NCBI GenBank assembly: GCA_032718475.1 | Contig: JAUCBJ010004414.1 | Coordinates: 1-38,595, forward strand | Direction of reading: 5' to 3' | From: Nemertoderma westbladi | Lineage: Eukaryota; Animalia; Xenacoelomorpha | Length of the DNA stretch: 38,595 nucleotides | In this document: one piece after another, positions 34,349-38,595 of the stretch | How positions within the stretch are numbered: position 1 is the first letter of the stretch | Layout of the letters: each line of letters begins with the position of its first letter | Made by a program: the position numbers and the translations under genes | Notes under the pieces: generated by a model | Databases searched by the model: none | What the model saw: the letters and a program-made list of their open reading frames with translations, nothing else | What the model was told of the DNA's origin: nothing

Positions 34349-37300
34349 GTTCACTAAAGTTTGTTTGTACTGTAAGGGTGAACATTGGAGTGACGAATGT
34401 AAAAAATATGATGATGCTGATTCAAGGCGAATGCAAATTAAGGGTCATTGCTACATTTGTGCAAAGAAAGGACATAGTTCAAACCAGTGTAGAATTGATA
34501 AACCATGTGTCTACTGTAACAAACGCCGTAGTCACCATAGAAGTTTATGCTTTAAACAATTTCCATCTAAGAAACCAACAAGTGGCAACAGCAGAGGTTC
34601 TTCTGCAAATTTTGCATCAGTAGAAAGTTCGGTGCCTGCAACAATTGACATCAACTGTAATGATTTATCAGCAACTGACACAAACAACAGTATAATTGAA
34701 AACTGTACATTAGCTTCTGATAATGTTGTAGTAATGCAAACAGCCTTAGTAAAACTAATGAACCCTGTTGCATCGATGGATTATACTGTAAGAACTTTGT
34801 TCGACACTGGATGTAAACGAACTACTATTACTGAGAAACTGGCTAGAAAACTCGGATTGAAACTGTTAGACAAGAAAATTGATACATTTGGTCGTAAAGA
34901 ACCAACCGAAATTAGAAGTGCTGAAACAGAAGTTGTTGTTTTATGTAAAGATGGAACTTCCCAAATTGTTAATTGCAAAGTTGTTAACATAATAACTGGC
35001 GAATTACAACGCCAAACTATCAATATTAATAACTCAAACTTCTTATTAAGTAGTTTACCACTTGCAGACCCACAACCAATTAAAAACGAAGTGGTAACCA
35101 TTGATTTCTTAATCGGAAATGACTATTATTGTGATTTTGTCACTGGTGAAAGAATTACTATCGATAAAGGAACATATTATTTGTTAGGTTCTAAGTTTGG
35201 ATGTTATCAGGTCGTTTTGAATGTGAACAGCCCAATGAACAAGCAAATGAAAATTGCCTATTAACTATTGATAGCCCAAAAATACCTGGAACTCATGAAA
35301 TCCATTCTTTAGAAAACTTTTGGAAATTAGAAACTATTGGTATTAAAGATACAACAGTGAATGAAATTGATGACGATGTAGCTATGGAGTTATTTAATAA
35401 AAGTATTGCATATGATATCAAAGAAAATATATATTTTGTTTCTTGGCCATGGAAACATGCAGAAACTATTGATTTAGTAGACAACAAAGAATTAGCACTG
35501 GGTAGATTTAAAACCTTATTGCGACGATTTCAAAATGATGAAACTTTATTCAAATCATATGCTACAATAATAGATAACCAAATAAAAAAGGGAATTATTG
35601 AAATGGTCGATGAAAATGAGTGTGAGAGTCACAAACTCCATTATATTCCACATCATCCTGTTGTTGATTAAAAAGATTATCAACCAAGGTCAGAATTGTA
35701 TATGATGCATCTTCAAAGTCAAAGTCAAAAAATAAAAGTTTAAATGAATGCTTATATAGAGGACCTTGCAAGTTACAGGACTTATGCAGCCTGTTATTAC
35801 GATTAAGAATGTGGAATATTGTTATCTTAGCAGATATTGAGAAAGCATTTCTCCAAGTTGGCCTAAACCGAGCTGAGCGGGATGTAACTAGATTTTTCTG
35901 GCTAAAAGATCCATCCCTTCCATCAACAAAGGACAATATTGCAGTTTACAGATTTTGTAGAATCTTGTTTGGAATAATCTCCAGTACATTTATATTAGCT
36001 GCAACCATTGATCACCATTTATCCCTTCCTAATGTAGACTCTCCAAATGCAAAACAGTTACGCAATGATATTTATGTTGATAACATAATTAGTGGTAAAA
36101 ATACGCTACCGGAAGCAATTGAATTTTATAATGAATCAAAGAAAATATTTAATGCTGCTTCAATGAACATTAGACAATATATGTCTAATTCTAATGAGTT
36201 TATTGAGAGTCTACCTGAAGATGACAAAGTTGACAAAGATAGTTTAAAGGTGCTTGGTGTAACATGGAATATAATATCAGATACATTATCTGTTAAAGGA
36301 CCAACACAAACTGAATCTATGAATGATATCTATACAAAAAGATCTGTTTTTAGCATACATGCAAAAACTTTGACCCTATGGGTTTCTTTAATCCTGTAAC
36401 ATTAGCCTCTAAAATATTCATTCAATCCTTGTGGATAGAAAACAATAATATGAAGTGGGATGATAGATTAAATGAATATCAAATAGCACAATGGAAAGAT
36501 ATTGTAATTGAACTACAACAAATATCTACTCACCAAATACCACGCCGCTTTTGCTATGTTGATGATAGTAAAATAATATATGATATTGTGGGATTTTCTG
36601 ATGCATCAAAATATGCATATGCTGCTGCAGTCTATTTACGAATCACTAATCATGAAGCAATAAAAACTTGTTTGGTTTTCTCTAAAAATAGATTAACACC
36701 AGCAAAAACAATTGCTAAAGATGATATCAGTATTCCCAAATCTGAATTACTAGGTTTTGTTATAACATTACGTGCAATGGTATTTGTTGCTCAATCATTA
36801 AATGTGACAATTACAAACAAAACATTGTTTACTGATTCACAATGTTGCTTAGATTGGTTAAAATCTCCAAGATCTATAAGCAAATTTATTGACAAACAAA
36901 TAATGGAAATAAAATCACAAATAGATGTATGTTTTAGATATGTCATTAGCTCTGACAACCCTGCTGATTTAGCTACACGTAAACAATCTGCAGTTGATAT
37001 TAAAGAATCTCATTTATGGTGGGAAGGCCCAGAATGGTTGAAAGAACCAGAAACTTCATGGCCAATATGGAACAGAATTCCAATTACTAACGAAATGATA
37101 GAAAATATATCAAGTAACAGACCACAAACCTTATATGAAGTTGGATTACTTGCTTCTACTGTAATAAAGAACAGTCCCTTTGAGTTAGATATAAATAATT
37201 TCTCTACCTTGAAAAGATTAATTCGAGTCACTTCATGGATTCAACGATTTATTAATAACTGTCGAAGTTCCTTCTACCTTCCGAGTTAGAAAAATCCAAA

Positions 37301-38595
37301 CTAATGTGGGAACTTCATATCCAAAAACAATATTATGGTAAAATTATTATAGATATAAAACACAAGAAGAAGAACAATTTACAGTGTCAGCTCGGATTAC
37401 AAATACATGAAAATGGACTTATTCATTGCCATGGACGTTATGATTATGTGGACTTAATGGAAAGTGCTAAATTTCCAAAATTATTACCAAAAGCATCCAG
37501 ATACACAGAATTAACAGTCCTAAAGTTCCATGTTGATGTTTTACATTCAGGAATATCTCATACGCTATCTCAAATACGCCAAGAATACTGGATACCACAT
37601 GGTCGAACAGTAGTACGATCTATAATCAGAAATTGCAAAATATGCAAAAGGAAGGATGGAGGACCTTACAAATCCCCCCCGATGCCATTATGGCCATCTA
37701 TACGTGTTTCAAGATCTAGTGCCTTTACCAATGTTGGTCTTGATTATCTTGGTCCGTTGTATATCTAGGATAACAATAATACAACTGTGAAGGTCTGGGG
37801 ATGTTTATTCACATGTTTGACAGTTAGAGCTGTCCATTTGGAAGTTGTACTTGATATGACTACTGATGAATTCATATTATGTTTGAGGAGATTCTTTGCT
37901 CGCTATAGCAAACCTAAACTGATGATTGCAGATAATGCTCCACATTTTAAACTAGCCAAAACTGTTATTGAAAAAATGTGGGGGAAGACAATCACAAACA
38001 AAGATGTCCAAAGTTATGTTTCAACTGGTAATACTAAATTTAAATTTATTACAGCTTAGGCCCCATGGATGGGAGGTGTATATGAAAGATTAGTTGGATT
38101 AGTGAAACGTGTAATGAAGAAAGTTATTGGTAAAGTTTGTTTATCACTAGTTCAATTGCAAATTTTATTTGCTGAAGTGATGGCTGTAATAAATTCCCGA
38201 CCATTGGTGTATGTATCATCCGCAATCGACGACGGATTAACATTAACTCCTGCGCACTTTCTCTCTATCAACACAACAATTGGTACACCTACATCAGAAG
38301 ATGATGACAATGCTAAGGATTTAGATTATTATTTGATGAAACCAGAAAACTCTGCAAATAAGCTCATAAAACAATGGAAAGAAGGGAATAATCTTCTAGA
38401 TAGCTTCTGGAATGTATTCTATAAAGAATATTTGATGTCTCTTCGTGAACGATATCAATCTGATCTGCCCCAACCACGTGTAAAAGATTCTCACATCCCA
38501 AAGGTGGGAGATGTTGTTATCATTAAAGACAAAGATAAAATTGTAAAACCTTCAAGAGGTTCATGGAAACTCGGTCGTATTCATAAATTATTACC
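34341..38595 (+). pseudogene. Zinc knuckles, protease, RT, RNase H and integrase fragments of BEL/Pao 2
   Basis: Consecutive ORF fragments 34341-35264, 35201-35671, 35809-36399, 36378-37289, 37304-37768 and 37787-38059, continuing past TAG stops to the window edge. Confidence 0.92.

Larger units (their letters stand above)
33251..38595 (+). mobile_element. BEL/Pao LTR retrotransposon 2, decayed, truncated by the window end
   Basis: Gag (KLPKLEFEGYDG...WREFWDSF...EKLQYLKSKL), zinc knuckles, protease LFDTG, RT (ADIEKAFLQV, YVDN), RNase H (FSDAS, DNPADLATR) and integrase (GLDYLGP, RAVHLE); many frameshifts and stops. Confidence 0.95.

Overview
Eukaryotic (probably invertebrate animal) genomic DNA; nothing prokaryotic. 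There are two host genes on the - strand: an intronless SEPT2-group septin (151-1200) and condensin subunit SMC2. SMC2 is encoded in just two exons (20412-19084 and 14320-12134, about 1171 aa) joined across a single 4.76-kb GT-AG intron. Between and inside these genes are non-autonomous DNA transposons with readable termini (a TA-flanked element, a piggyBac-like MITE, two Mutator-like MITEs, a hAT-like MITE and a possible Helentron-type element) and tandem arrays with 39-, 315-, 33- and 26-bp units. The right half holds two decayed, divergently oriented BEL/Pao retrotransposons, the second cut by the window edge. The most unusual feature is the 26-bp minisatellite filling much of the SMC2 intron: it is roughly 100 copies of the gene's own exon/intron junction. 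One variant forms a consensus, in-frame alternative 5' splice site. The septin stop-codon region and a transposon terminus have been tandemly amplified in a similar way. Copy numbers are hand estimates, and all splicing calls are predictions from sequence only.
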